This document shows positions 10,175 through 19,495 of a stretch of DNA of 64,000 nt, one piece after another. This DNA is from a virus (taxonomy: Duplodnaviria > Caudoviricetes): positions 6,721-70,720 of the IMG/VR virus record IMGVR_UViG_3300037461_001070. One strand, given 5' to 3'. The notes beneath the pieces were generated by a model. It had not been told where the DNA came from. It saw nothing but the letters and a program-made list of their open reading frames with translations, and searched no databases. Each line of letters opens with the position of its first letter. Position 1 is the stretch's first letter. Made by a program: the position numbers and the translations under genes.

Positions 10175-10555
10175 ATGCACGAGTTCCAACAAATATCCCA
10201 AAAGATTGCGGAACTGGAGAAACAGGCTGTTATTGTTACTACTACCTTTGCTATTTTTAAGTGGCTTGGCAGTATTGTTTTTATTTATATCCTCGGAATT
10301 GGCATCTACGTATTCATATGGCTTAGCAGATTTAAAAAGCACAATAGAGAAAGAGCAGATATGTTTTTCGAAATTGCAGGAAAAGAAAGAGAGGATGCAG
10401 CTAATAGAATCGAAACCTTGGAAAGCTGTAACAATGAAATAATTGGACTTGTCAATGAACTATTTGGTAAAATATCTCATGAGAAAGAACTCAGAGAAAA
10501 AGATATTAAAGACTGTAAAGAAAGATGTGCTGCTATTTTATGCAATAGAGTTTAG
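10175..10555 (+). CDS. Single-TM membrane protein with coiled coil (holin-like)
   Basis: Hydrophobic WLGSIVFIYILGIGIYVFIWL; GGAGGAG SD. Confidence 0.45.
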   Translation: MHEFQQISQKIAELEKQAVIVTTTFAIFKWLGSIVFIYILGIGIYVFIWLSRFKKHNRERADMFFEIAGKEREDAANRIETLESCNNEIIGLVNELFGKISHEKELREKDIKDCKERCAAILCNRV

Positions 10556-10558
10556 ATA

Positions 10559-11536
10559 ATGGCTACTGGTAAAAACATAAGAATAAATAATTCGACTCCT
10601 ATCTTATCTCAAATTATTGCAGATCATACTGTTGTTGCCGATTACGATAAGATTCCGGCCTATTATATGGCTGAAGTTAAAAAGATGTGGTTGAATGTAC
10701 CAGGAGAAAGTCACTCCTATACATATCGTTATGGCCTAGAACTTCTTGAAGCCCTTGACGGTGATTACGCTGTCAATGCAATTGAATCAGGTGGACCTGA
10801 AGCATATACCGATGATTATCTGAGATCGAGCCGCACGATCTGGACAGGTAGTGCTTATGTTGATGGAGCAACAGGAGAAACTGTATGGTTCACATGGTAT
10901 GCTACTCCAGGACATGCCGGGGAATATAAAGACTATCTAAAAGCTCATATCCAAAAATGCCATGACGATGGTTATGAAATATCAGCACTTGGATTTGGGT
11001 GGTGTTGGGACATGTCTGCTGTTGATGAGTCTGATAGTGCTGACCCTGTATATGGATGCCATTGGTATGGAATGTCAGCAGGGGGTCCAGATGGGGACAA
11101 AGCCTGGGGACTTGATGACGATGATTATGGAGTAACAAGCAACAGAGTAAATATCGATACTTATCTTGGTGCAATGGAAGATTATATCGCATATTGCACT
11201 GCAAATAGCATTCCCACAAAAATGTTTTTTACTACAGGTCCGGTAGATACTTATACTGGAGAAGTTGGATATCAAGTTCATCTCAAACATGAACGCATAA
11301 GAGCGCACGTTCTCGATGATTCTTCCCGAATACTTTTTGATTATGCTGATATCCTATGCTATGATAATGATGGAACTCCGAATACGACGACATGGAGTGG
11401 ACACACATATCCAATAATTACAACTACTAATCTTGGAGATGCAGGAATAGGGCATATTGGAGAAGTTGGTGCAGTCAGAATCGCTAAAGCATTGTGGTGG
11501 ATGCTTGCAAGAATGGCTGGATGGGATGGTAACTAA
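10559..11536 (+). CDS. SGNH-hydrolase-like virion protein
   Basis: LFDYADI and GHIGEVGAVRIAKALWW resemble the SGNH C-terminal block. Confidence 0.45.
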   Translation: MATGKNIRINNSTPILSQIIADHTVVADYDKIPAYYMAEVKKMWLNVPGESHSYTYRYGLELLEALDGDYAVNAIESGGPEAYTDDYLRSSRTIWTGSAYVDGATGETVWFTWYATPGHAGEYKDYLKAHIQKCHDDGYEISALGFGWCWDMSAVDESDSADPVYGCHWYGMSAGGPDGDKAWGLDDDDYGVTSNRVNIDTYLGAMEDYIAYCTANSIPTKMFFTTGPVDTYTGEVGYQVHLKHERIRAHVLDDSSRILFDYADILCYDNDGTPNTTTWSGHTYPIITTTNLGDAGIGHIGEVGAVRIAKALWWMLARMAGWDGN

Positions 11537-12825
11537 TGGCATGGCCAGATTTTGATTATGATATTTGGGAAGATTTTGAAGATGGAACCCTAGAAACCGG
11601 ATTAACTGAAGACGATACCGGGGGATTCCTTACCATTGCTGATACCGAACAATATAAAGTCGGTACTCATGCCATGGAAATTGATCATAACAGTAAAAAC
11701 GCATCAGCAACAATAGATTATCAGTCTCTTGTTGCTTCAACTTCATTCGGGTTCTGGTATAGAACCGGATCGAATCTTTCAGATTTTGGCAGTGGACCAA
11801 ACTTTTTTAGAGTAGACCATTGGGGAGAGGGGCAACTTCTCGTTCTTGTCGATGAAAAATCAGCCGGTGATAATACCAGGCAAATTCGTTGTTTTTCAAA
11901 ACCATCGAATACAAATACAATTCCTGTTTCTGATTCAACTTGGTACTGGATAACATTGAAATTTACTCTCAATGGAACCTGTTATTTAAGTGTATATGAT
12001 ACCAGTGAAAATCTTGTTGGAGAAGAAAAATCTTTTGCGATGGGTGATTATACTGTGGGCTATACAGTATTTCAGCTTGGTGCTTATGGAGCAACAGCAT
12101 GGTCTTGCAAAACTTATTGGGATGGGTATGTAATTGATAAGACTGATGCTTCTTACCCATTGCTTGGATGGGAATCTGGTGGTTCAGCTCTTGAAGCCAC
12201 TATTTCTGATAGTGTTGGAATCTCAGATTCATTATCAAGATTAACTGGTTTTTCGAGATCGATTGCCGATTCAATTGGAATAACAGATGTCGTATCAAGA
12301 ATTACCGGGTTTATAAGATCATTAACTGATACCGAAGGGATAGAATCGTATGACTTTGGAAATGTTGAATCTGAAATTTATTCTGAAATAACTGATACCG
12401 TTGGTATAACCGATTCAATAACTACTTCTTCGGATAAATCAAGATCCTTATCAGATACCGTTGGGACAACAGATCTTCTGTCAAGATCAGGAGATTTTAT
12501 TAGAACCTTATCGGATTCAACGGGAATAACAGATTTAATAGATTATCTAGTCTCTGGACCGGGGATAATATATAGAACAATTTCTGATACTCTGGGAATA
12601 ACAGACGAGAACTCTAGGATAGGAACATTTATAAGAACTATCTTGACAACAGAAGGTATAACTGATATAATATCTAGGACAATGATATATATCAGATCTT
12701 TTTCTGATTCGGTGGGGATAACAGATGTTCTAAGCTATATATTCCCGGAACTTGTAACTTTATATATGCGTGGAGTTGTTAGATTCAAGTCTTTGATGAC
12801 TGGAAAAACAAGAAATAAGGAGTAA
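11536..12825 (+). CDS. Virion protein: N-terminal lectin/LamG-like beta-sandwich plus about 9 repeats of about 20 aa
   Basis: WYWITLKF...YWDGYVID beta domain; repeats FxRSxSDSxGITD. Confidence 0.5.
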   Translation: MAWPDFDYDIWEDFEDGTLETGLTEDDTGGFLTIADTEQYKVGTHAMEIDHNSKNASATIDYQSLVASTSFGFWYRTGSNLSDFGSGPNFFRVDHWGEGQLLVLVDEKSAGDNTRQIRCFSKPSNTNTIPVSDSTWYWITLKFTLNGTCYLSVYDTSENLVGEEKSFAMGDYTVGYTVFQLGAYGATAWSCKTYWDGYVIDKTDASYPLLGWESGGSALEATISDSVGISDSLSRLTGFSRSIADSIGITDVVSRITGFIRSLTDTEGIESYDFGNVESEIYSEITDTVGITDSITTSSDKSRSLSDTVGTTDLLSRSGDFIRTLSDSTGITDLIDYLVSGPGIIYRTISDTLGITDENSRIGTFIRTILTTEGITDIISRTMIYIRSFSDSVGITDVLSYIFPELVTLYMRGVVRFKSLMTGKTRNKE

Positions 12826-12830
12826 AAAAA

Positions 12831-13457
12831 ATGTTGAGGGAAAAATCAGTGATAAGAGGAAAAGTAACTGCTACTGTTTTTGATAAAAATGGTAAAGTTA
12901 AGTTGTGGTCTCCGGAACTTGATCTTGAATTGATGAAAAGGAAAATCAAGAAGTCGAATATTTTTATGACAGCAATTATTGTTTTGAAAATAATAATTTA
13001 TATCATAATTGACTCCATCAATCCTCGTCAAATGATTTCTGTAGATCATAACATCGTAACCGATCAAGGAGATGCTCTCGTTGCCGATATCATGAGCCAG
13101 ACACCAGCAAGACAAAAATTGGATAATACTCATGCTTATATTGAGGTCGGAACCGCATATTCAGCGACAGGAGCAAAAGCTCAGACTGGATGTCATACTC
13201 CTACGGGTAGTCGTGAAGGTATGGACGCAACGTATCCTAAACAAAAGGGGACTTGGGGGAATTCGAATGATAATGTCGTTCAATATATGGCTACATTTGA
13301 GGCTGGCGATCTTGATGCAACTATAAATGAAGCCGCACTCATGAATGCTTCGACATCTGGAGACTGTTTAGCTTATGGCCATATATCTCCCGATGCTGTT
13401 GTATCAAGTTCAGATACTCTTGCTGTTACTTGGGAAATAACTTTCTTAGGCGCATAA
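12831..13457 (+). CDS. Tail-associated structural protein
   Basis: HNIVTDQG...IEVGT...TINEAALMN...SDTLAVTWEITF pattern seen in phage tail proteins. Confidence 0.55.
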   Translation: MLREKSVIRGKVTATVFDKNGKVKLWSPELDLELMKRKIKKSNIFMTAIIVLKIIIYIIIDSINPRQMISVDHNIVTDQGDALVADIMSQTPARQKLDNTHAYIEVGTAYSATGAKAQTGCHTPTGSREGMDATYPKQKGTWGNSNDNVVQYMATFEAGDLDATINEAALMNASTSGDCLAYGHISPDAVVSSSDTLAVTWEITFLGA

Positions 13458-13458
13458 C

Positions 13459-13851
13459 ATGGAATATAAAGATGGTAAATTTTATCATAAAAGAGGAAAT
13501 GTCTTATCACTAGAGATATATCTTTATGATGAAAACGATGATTTGATAACAAATCTTGCAACAGCAGAAAGTGTTGTTTTCCAGATAAAACGATCGCGAT
13601 CATCTACTGTTGCGGCAATATCAAAATCAAGTGCTCTTGGTGAGGTTCTGGTAAATAATCCTACGGTTGGAGCCGTATCGATTACTGTCGACTCTGATGA
13701 TATGGAAGATCTGGATCTTGCCTCATATTATCCGGCAGTACAAGTTAATTATACTTCAACGAGATGGATAGAACCAGACCTGACATTTAATGTCAACGGA
13801 GAGTACGTTGATTTTGACAGATTCAGGATCACAAGAGATGTAATTACTTAA
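13459..13851 (+). CDS. BppU N-terminal-like adaptor protein
   Basis: RGNVLSLEIYL...VNNPTVGAVSITV...YPAVQV pattern. Confidence 0.5.
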   Translation: MEYKDGKFYHKRGNVLSLEIYLYDENDDLITNLATAESVVFQIKRSRSSTVAAISKSSALGEVLVNNPTVGAVSITVDSDDMEDLDLASYYPAVQVNYTSTRWIEPDLTFNVNGEYVDFDRFRITRDVIT

Positions 13852-13865
13852 AAGGATGGTTTTGT

Positions 13866-14075
13866 ATGATAGGAAAAATCTGGAACAATCTTAGCCTTGT
13901 CGAAAGGATTCTTGTTATTGCCGCGATAATTGTATCTATCGGAACAATTATCGCTATAATAGTTTTTGCTTTCCGGGAATGGAAATGGTTGGTAGGAATT
14001 GGAGTTCCTGCTATTGCGGCTTCAATTCTCATGTTTTTTGCAATAACTAAGATCAAAACAGCATATTCAAAATAA
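13866..14075 (+). CDS. Two-TM membrane protein, candidate holin
   Basis: Two hydrophobic helices, basic C-terminus, near lysis genes. Confidence 0.5.
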   Translation: MIGKIWNNLSLVERILVIAAIIVSIGTIIAIIVFAFREWKWLVGIGVPAIAASILMFFAITKIKTAYSK

Positions 14076-14079
14076 TGAG

Positions 14080-14115
14080 AAGGCCCAGATAATTATCTGG
14101 GCCTTTTTAATTTTT
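14080..14115 (+). terminator. Rho-independent terminator
   Basis: Perfect 26-bp palindrome AAGGCCCAGATAATTATCTGGGCCTT followed by a T-rich tract. Confidence 0.8.
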
Positions 14116-14144
14116 TGTCTTTAATTTTTAAAAATCAGCATAAT
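14115..14144 (+). promoter_or_regulatory. Candidate sigma70-type promoter for the lysis cassette
   Basis: TTGTCT-18-CATAAT. Confidence 0.4.
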
Positions 14145-14161
14145 ATATATAGGAAATAGAA

Positions 14162-14389
14162 ATGACAAATAAGAAAAAACATTGGTATGATTTTTTGATG
14201 GTAACAACAGAAGGAGATGTAGAAGCTGGTCCGGTAAAGATTAAATTCAAGCGTGTTCCTGTTGTTATCTTATTACTTATTGGAGCTGGATTATTGACGG
14301 CTGCTATTTATGCTTTTAAAATATATATGCAGACTCCAGTTAAAATCAGGCATCATAAAGTCGAGGAAATAAGAGGACAATTAAAATGA
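14162..14389 (+). CDS. Single-TM protein of the lysis cassette
   Basis: Hydrophobic VPVVILLLIGAGLLTAAIYAF. Confidence 0.5.
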   Translation: MTNKKKHWYDFLMVTTEGDVEAGPVKIKFKRVPVVILLLIGAGLLTAAIYAFKIYMQTPVKIRHHKVEEIRGQLK

Positions 14390-14907
14390 ACACAACAAAG
14401 GCCGTTTTGATTACTGTAGTGGTCGTTCTCCTGCTTTCAGCCCCACTATATATTATACCTACATATCACTTCTCAAAATGTACGTATATTCCAAATCAAA
14501 TTGTTATAACCGATCCAGGAAAAACTTCGGAGACAAAACATAATAAGCCTCCGACGACTCCTATTAAGGATTGTGGAGATCTTGAAATAGAAGGATCTAT
14601 GTTGAAAAATAATAATTTTGGAGTTATATGTAAAAATGGATGTGATAGTGCGAGTAGAACATTCGGCCTTACAACAATCAAACCAAAATATAAACAACAT
14701 ACTATTCAATTGGCATATGGTCCTGCTTGTGATGTAAGCAAAAAGAACTCTGATACTGGATATTTGCATAATCTTGGAGCAGCATATCTTTTTTCTTGGA
14801 GACCAGCATCTATAGGACTTGGATTTGATTTTATATTTTCAAAAGAAAAGATATATAATTTTTCGCCAAAAATAATTTTTCAATATAAAATTGATGCTGG
14901 AGAATAA
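14386..14907 (+). CDS. Exported/membrane-anchored lysis-cassette protein (spanin-like position)
   Basis: N-terminal hydrophobic segment, C-terminal amphipathic aromatic beta strands. Confidence 0.4.
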   Translation: MNTTKAVLITVVVVLLLSAPLYIIPTYHFSKCTYIPNQIVITDPGKTSETKHNKPPTTPIKDCGDLEIEGSMLKNNNFGVICKNGCDSASRTFGLTTIKPKYKQHTIQLAYGPACDVSKKNSDTGYLHNLGAAYLFSWRPASIGLGFDFIFSKEKIYNFSPKIIFQYKIDAGE

Positions 14908-14909
14908 AT

Positions 14910-15482
14910 ATGCCGACAAACAAAGATATGGCAGATAAGTTCAAAGAGCTTTTCAAAAAAAGAGGATACCGTTGGGAGCCTTTTAATTTAATTGGTATAC
15001 GCCATGAAGAAAACCAGGGTCAAGATGTATTCAATGATAAAATTGGATATGTTACTGACACAGATTTCTTTTTCCTGAAAGGAACAACAGATCCAGGAGC
15101 GGAAGCAACAGAGAAGAAAGAAGGTGGAGCCGCTCATTTATGTCTTGGCAATCATCCCAAGATCTGGACGATCGGAATTCATGCCAAAGGAACTCCCTTC
15201 GCTCACGAAGCTTTTATTCAGATTGGAAATTCTGTCAAGATCTGGAGAGACATAGATAAAGACACAGAATTTGACGAGAATGAACCTGTTCAGCAAGGAT
15301 ATTTTGGAATAAACTTTCACAGGGCAGCTCTCAACAAAATAGAAAAGATAGGTCCATATAGTTATGGATGTCAGGTCGCTCAAATAGCATCTGATTTTAA
15401 TGAAATATTAGTGGCTGCAAAAGCATCAAAAATGAAATACTTCAGTTATACTCTTTTCGATAAGAGTGAAATTGATGTTTAA
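14910..15482 (+). CDS. Putative endolysin with L,D-transpeptidase (YkuD)-like catalytic motif
   Basis: NLIGIR, TTDPG, INFHRA...SYGCQV (H...SxGC). Confidence 0.65.
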   Translation: MPTNKDMADKFKELFKKRGYRWEPFNLIGIRHEENQGQDVFNDKIGYVTDTDFFFLKGTTDPGAEATEKKEGGAAHLCLGNHPKIWTIGIHAKGTPFAHEAFIQIGNSVKIWRDIDKDTEFDENEPVQQGYFGINFHRAALNKIEKIGPYSYGCQVAQIASDFNEILVAAKASKMKYFSYTLFDKSEIDV

Positions 15483-15501
15483 CCATATATCTCCTTTATT
15501 A

Positions 15502-15526
15502 AAAGCCCATCTTTATGATGGGCTTT
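15502..15526. terminator. Bidirectional terminator between convergent arms
   Basis: AAAGCCCATC-TTTAT-GATGGGCTTT at the plus/minus convergence point. Confidence 0.75.
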
Positions 15527-15890
15527 CTTCTATAATCTCTTGTCTCGGAGATCCTACAGTATTTTCTCTGTGATATTCACGTAAAGCCTCATACAAAATT
15601 CTTCCCTGAACATCAACATCTCTTAATTGACCATTGTTTTTGACTCTCATATGAAAAGTTACGATTGGTTGTTTCTCCATTTTCTGGACAAGAAATGGAA
15701 TTATATTTAAGCAAGCCGGTAATCCATATTTCATCTTTACCTCTCCAAGCCTTTCTTTTATATTTTTCATGGCTTCTTCTCTACTCATTGTCTTGTCCAC
15801 GACTTTTGAAGATCCAATAACAACAGCATTTATAATAGCTTTTTGGACAGATAATAATTGGTTTCCTTTTGCTTTCTTTTTTCTTTTCAT
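15513..15890 (-). CDS. Hypothetical protein
   Basis: 125 aa ORF coupled to upstream operon. Confidence 0.5.
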   Translation of the reverse strand: MKRKKKAKGNQLLSVQKAIINAVVIGSSKVVDKTMSREEAMKNIKERLGEVKMKYGLPACLNIIPFLVQKMEKQPIVTFHMRVKNNGQLRDVDVQGRILYEALREYHRENTVGSPRQEIIEESPS

Positions 15891-16507
15891 GATATTCTTC
15901 TTACCTCACTTTTTTCAAATCCATTTTGTTTTTTTATTTTAACCTCAAAAACTCTATCCGCTATATCCACTATTTCTGGTCTATGAGTTACAACTATAAA
16001 TTGGAGCTTCAATGTTTTTGATAGCTCAGATAATACCTGTGCTGCAAGAGGCTGTAAATCATTTGATACGAATCGAAATGGTTCATCCAAAACAATAACA
16101 TTATTTGTTCCGGATAATGTCCAGGCCGATATCCTCAGAGCAAATGATGATATGTCTACGACTCCCCCTCCCGAATCATCCATAGGCTCTATTTCTTGGC
16201 CATCTTTTAAGAACACTAGGTGGGCTTCTGTCTTTCCTCTTTTGATTTCAAACTGTATTTTAAATTCATATTTACCGGGAAAGCAGGTATCAATAGCTAA
16301 TTGTACTGTATCTTCAATATGAATTTTTAATTGTTCCTGTGTTCTTTTTGCAACATCCTGAAGAAAAACTTGGGCTTCTTCAAGACTTTTCTGATCTTTT
16401 TCAAGCTCATCTTTTTTATTTTTCGCTTCCAGGACTTGTTTTTCTATGAGCTGAAATTTCCCCTGAGAACGAGATAATTTTTGCCTGTAATCTGATAATG
16501 ATATCAT
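15887..16507 (-). CDS. Rad50/SbcC ATPase, C-terminal half
   Basis: Signature DSGGG, Walker B VIVLDEP, H-loop VVTH; no Walker A. Confidence 0.85.
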   Translation of the reverse strand: MISLSDYRQKLSRSQGKFQLIEKQVLEAKNKKDELEKDQKSLEEAQVFLQDVAKRTQEQLKIHIEDTVQLAIDTCFPGKYEFKIQFEIKRGKTEAHLVFLKDGQEIEPMDDSGGGVVDISSFALRISAWTLSGTNNVIVLDEPFRFVSNDLQPLAAQVLSELSKTLKLQFIVVTHRPEIVDIADRVFEVKIKKQNGFEKSEVRRIS

Positions 16508-16746
16508 ATTTTATCCCAATCAGTCATAGAAGATATTTTATCCAGCATTTTCTCCAGACGTTCTTCATCTGCTTTTAAATCCTTCTTCATCTCGGCAAGC
16601 TTTTCCTGGGCCTGTTCTATTGTATCAACACCAAAATTATGTTTAAGATCTTCTTTGATTTTATCAAGAGCCCCTATTGCTCTTGATCTCTGCTCATTTG
16701 CAGAAGATATTTTCTTCTGAAGATTTTCGAGTTCTTCTATTTTCAT
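16504..16746 (-). CDS. Coiled-coil protein, possible middle piece of the split Rad50
   Basis: 80 aa continuous heptads; ATGA-coupled on both sides. Confidence 0.5.
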   Translation of the reverse strand: MKIEELENLQKKISSANEQRSRAIGALDKIKEDLKHNFGVDTIEQAQEKLAEMKKDLKADEERLEKMLDKISSMTDWDKI

Positions 16747-17615
16747 AGATCAAGCAACTCCATTATTTTATTTTTTGTTCTTTCCGAAAGATCATTCTTT
16801 TTCATTTCAACCAATACATTGTCATGAAAATCAAATGATACATCGGCTTTCTTAATTGATTCTACGAAAGAACTTATTCTCGTCTCTCTTTCTTCCTCTG
16901 TTCTTAAATATATATCTGTTATTTTTGTGCTATCATTCGGAAGCATTATCCTGTCTACAGTTTCTTCTTCGGTATCTACAATATAAATTGATGGAGTATA
17001 ATCTTTATAGTCTGCTTTTTGAATATTTATACAACCGGGATTAACTACATTTTTTCCTTTTTTCTTGTAATGAAAAGCTTGATGATAATCTCCAACAAAT
17101 ATCCATTTCGCTTCAGGATATAGATCCAGCATATCTTGAGCGGTGAGAGCTTTTGTATTTGGAGGCAGAGATTTTATATCAGGAAATACAAGTTGATGTA
17201 TGAATATTATTCCATTTTCAGGTCCGGTCAGTTCATCATCAAAGTAAGCAGCTTTACCAAGAATATTAAGATTTGAGACACATGAATTTTCTATGGTCAT
17301 CATATGATTTATTATTCCGAAAGATGAATTATCAAGATTTTTAACGGAATGATATTGGAGATCGTGATTTCCGGCAATAGTATATATTCCATAATTTACT
17401 GATGTTGCAAACCTCATGAACAATAATTTAATTGGATCGGATACAACAGGGGTATCAAAAATATCTCCGACAATACAGATTGGGATATTCATTGCGTTTG
17501 CTTGATCTGAAATAAACGAAAGAACTTCTTTCTGTGACTTGATCCAATCCTCGTCTGCTCTACATCGAGGACGATCTGCACGTAAATGGAAATCCGCTGT
17601 TAATAAAAATTTCAT
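16743..17615 (-). CDS. Mre11/SbcD-like metallophosphoesterase nuclease
   Basis: ADFH, VGDIFD, AGNHD, GDYH motifs. Confidence 0.9.
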   Translation of the reverse strand: MKFLLTADFHLRADRPRCRADEDWIKSQKEVLSFISDQANAMNIPICIVGDIFDTPVVSDPIKLLFMRFATSVNYGIYTIAGNHDLQYHSVKNLDNSSFGIINHMMTIENSCVSNLNILGKAAYFDDELTGPENGIIFIHQLVFPDIKSLPPNTKALTAQDMLDLYPEAKWIFVGDYHQAFHYKKKGKNVVNPGCINIQKADYKDYTPSIYIVDTEEETVDRIMLPNDSTKITDIYLRTEEERETRISSFVESIKKADVSFDFHDNVLVEMKKNDLSERTKNKIMELLDL

Positions 17616-17812
17616 TCCTTACCCTTTGTTAATCCTTTCAAAGATCTTAAATATTTCCTGAGCATAATAATTTGTTCTTCATTTATTTGCGCCTGGGAAT
17701 TGTTGCCTTTATTATTTGAAATATATTCGTGGCAAGGACAACATAAATCACCATGAAATTCTCCCTGATCATTCCTATTCTCACAGCCATTGATAATACA
17801 TTTTTTACTCAT
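17612..17812 (-). CDS. Small Cys-rich hypothetical protein
   Basis: CIINGC...CCPC; translational coupling. Confidence 0.5.
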   Translation of the reverse strand: MSKKCIINGCENRNDQGEFHGDLCCPCHEYISNNKGNNSQAQINEEQIIMLRKYLRSLKGLTKGKE

Positions 17813-18407
17813 TTATTCCACACCCCCTTTTTGCCAGAGAATCGGCCATGTCATTGAATACGTTTCCACTATGACCCTGGATTTTCTGAAATATTATTTT
17901 ACTTAAATCAACGAAATTCTTGATACAATTAACATAATCCACTGAAATTTTTGTTCGAGGGGTCCAATCTCCACTGGCAAAATTAGAAATTCCTGCATAG
18001 TCATGTACAATTACAATTTCTTCACCAGGAAATGCTAACATTGCTTCGAGAGCAGCTTTTAATTCTCCGTCTATTTGTCTGCTCTTTGCCTCGTACTCAC
18101 ATTCTCCGTGTCTGAAATCTATTATCTGATCTTTTCTAATAGCTACCCATCCCCACCCGGCTCGTTTAGTTTTGCTATTATATGATCCATCAACATAAAT
18201 CCTGACAATATCAGGATTGACTTCAATATCGAGAACATGCCTAGTCTTTTTATTCTTAAACCATTCCTGAAGATCATGATAGTTATCAAACCCCTTGAAT
18301 AATATATTGCTTTTTCCATTTGTGAATTCTTTACATTCATCCCATGAAGTAAATATATATTCTTTGCCTTGCATGGTTTTAACACCATAAAATTTCTTTC
18401 CCATCAA
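17805..18407 (-). CDS. rnhA: RNase HI with N-terminal hybrid-binding (viroplasmin-like) domain
   Basis: KFYGVK...IFTSWDECK N-domain; IYVDGS, GELKAA, VHDY, GHSGNVFNDMADSLAK. Confidence 0.9.
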   Translation of the reverse strand: MMGKKFYGVKTMQGKEYIFTSWDECKEFTNGKSNILFKGFDNYHDLQEWFKNKKTRHVLDIEVNPDIVRIYVDGSYNSKTKRAGWGWVAIRKDQIIDFRHGECEYEAKSRQIDGELKAALEAMLAFPGEEIVIVHDYAGISNFASGDWTPRTKISVDYVNCIKNFVDLSKIIFQKIQGHSGNVFNDMADSLAKRGCGINE

Positions 18408-19495
18408 TTACTCCTTATCTGATTCCCGCAATATGGACATATTGTAGGCAATTGTGATTTTAAACTCTCAATTTCTCTATCGAGAGATAATATTTTTTTT
18501 GTATAATTATTATAATTTTGATTTAATTCTTCGAGATCGAGAATAGTATCATCTTTTTCAGATATAAGATCCCATAAAGAAATTGCATCATCTACTTTTT
18601 TTTCTGTGCCAATAATTTTATCTGTTTTTGTTATTACTGACAAAGTCTTTGAATAGTCTGATAAAAATGATTCAAGTCCATTTATTTTGCTTTTGAGATC
18701 ATCATAATCTTTTTTTTTGGCAATAATCTTATTTATTTCACCAGAAGCTTTTTCAACGTATGAAAGCTTATTTATTTTCTCTTTGTATTCTTCTCCTGCA
18801 TTTACCAGATCTTCTAATTCAGATATTTTATTTGAATTGTTTTCAATTCTATCTTTTCTTTTCTCTGCTTTTTGTATTTCAAGACAAGCATCTTCTATCC
18901 ATGAATATCTGCTCATCTCTTCTTCGAGATCGTCGATCAATGTGTTTGTTTCGATAATATCTTTTGCAATACGCCTTCTCATCGTCTCAGCATTTGAAAG
19001 AACTCTATCTATAAGATCTAATCGTATGGTCCGATTAAAAAAACGAGCTACTTCAGATGATGATTCAGAAAGAAGAAATGGAGCATCCATTTGACGCTGT
19101 ATATTTACTTCGGTAAGATTAAATGTCTTCGATATTTCTTCCGGAACATCAGTTCCTATTGCTTCTAACGATTGAAATGGGGCTCCAGCATCATTACTCT
19201 CGTCATTATCTATTTCGTATCCATTAAATTCAGAAGACCGTATTCTATGAATCAGCCAGTCCCCAATATTTATAGAAACAGAAGTAAAATCAACAGGCTG
19301 TTTTTTCTTGTCTCGATTCCAGTACGAAATATATGAAAGCCCAGATGGTCTATTATATATTACCCAATTCAAAGCTCTTAGTATTGCTGTCTTTCCTGAA
19401 TCAGATGAGCCAACAATGACATTAACGCCAGGCAAGAACTCAAGAGAATTGTCTTCGTGGGATTGAAAATTTTTGATCGAGATAGAAGATATCAT
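18404..19495 (-). CDS. Rad50/SbcC ATPase, N-terminal half ending in the zinc hook
   Basis: IKNFQSH, Walker A GSSDSGKT, Q-loop, coiled coil, terminal CPYCG. Confidence 0.9.
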   Translation of the reverse strand: MISSISIKNFQSHEDNSLEFLPGVNVIVGSSDSGKTAILRALNWVIYNRPSGLSYISYWNRDKKKQPVDFTSVSINIGDWLIHRIRSSEFNGYEIDNDESNDAGAPFQSLEAIGTDVPEEISKTFNLTEVNIQRQMDAPFLLSESSSEVARFFNRTIRLDLIDRVLSNAETMRRRIAKDIIETNTLIDDLEEEMSRYSWIEDACLEIQKAEKRKDRIENNSNKISELEDLVNAGEEYKEKINKLSYVEKASGEINKIIAKKKDYDDLKSKINGLESFLSDYSKTLSVITKTDKIIGTEKKVDDAISLWDLISEKDDTILDLEELNQNYNNYTKKILSLDREIESLKSQLPTICPYCGNQIRSN

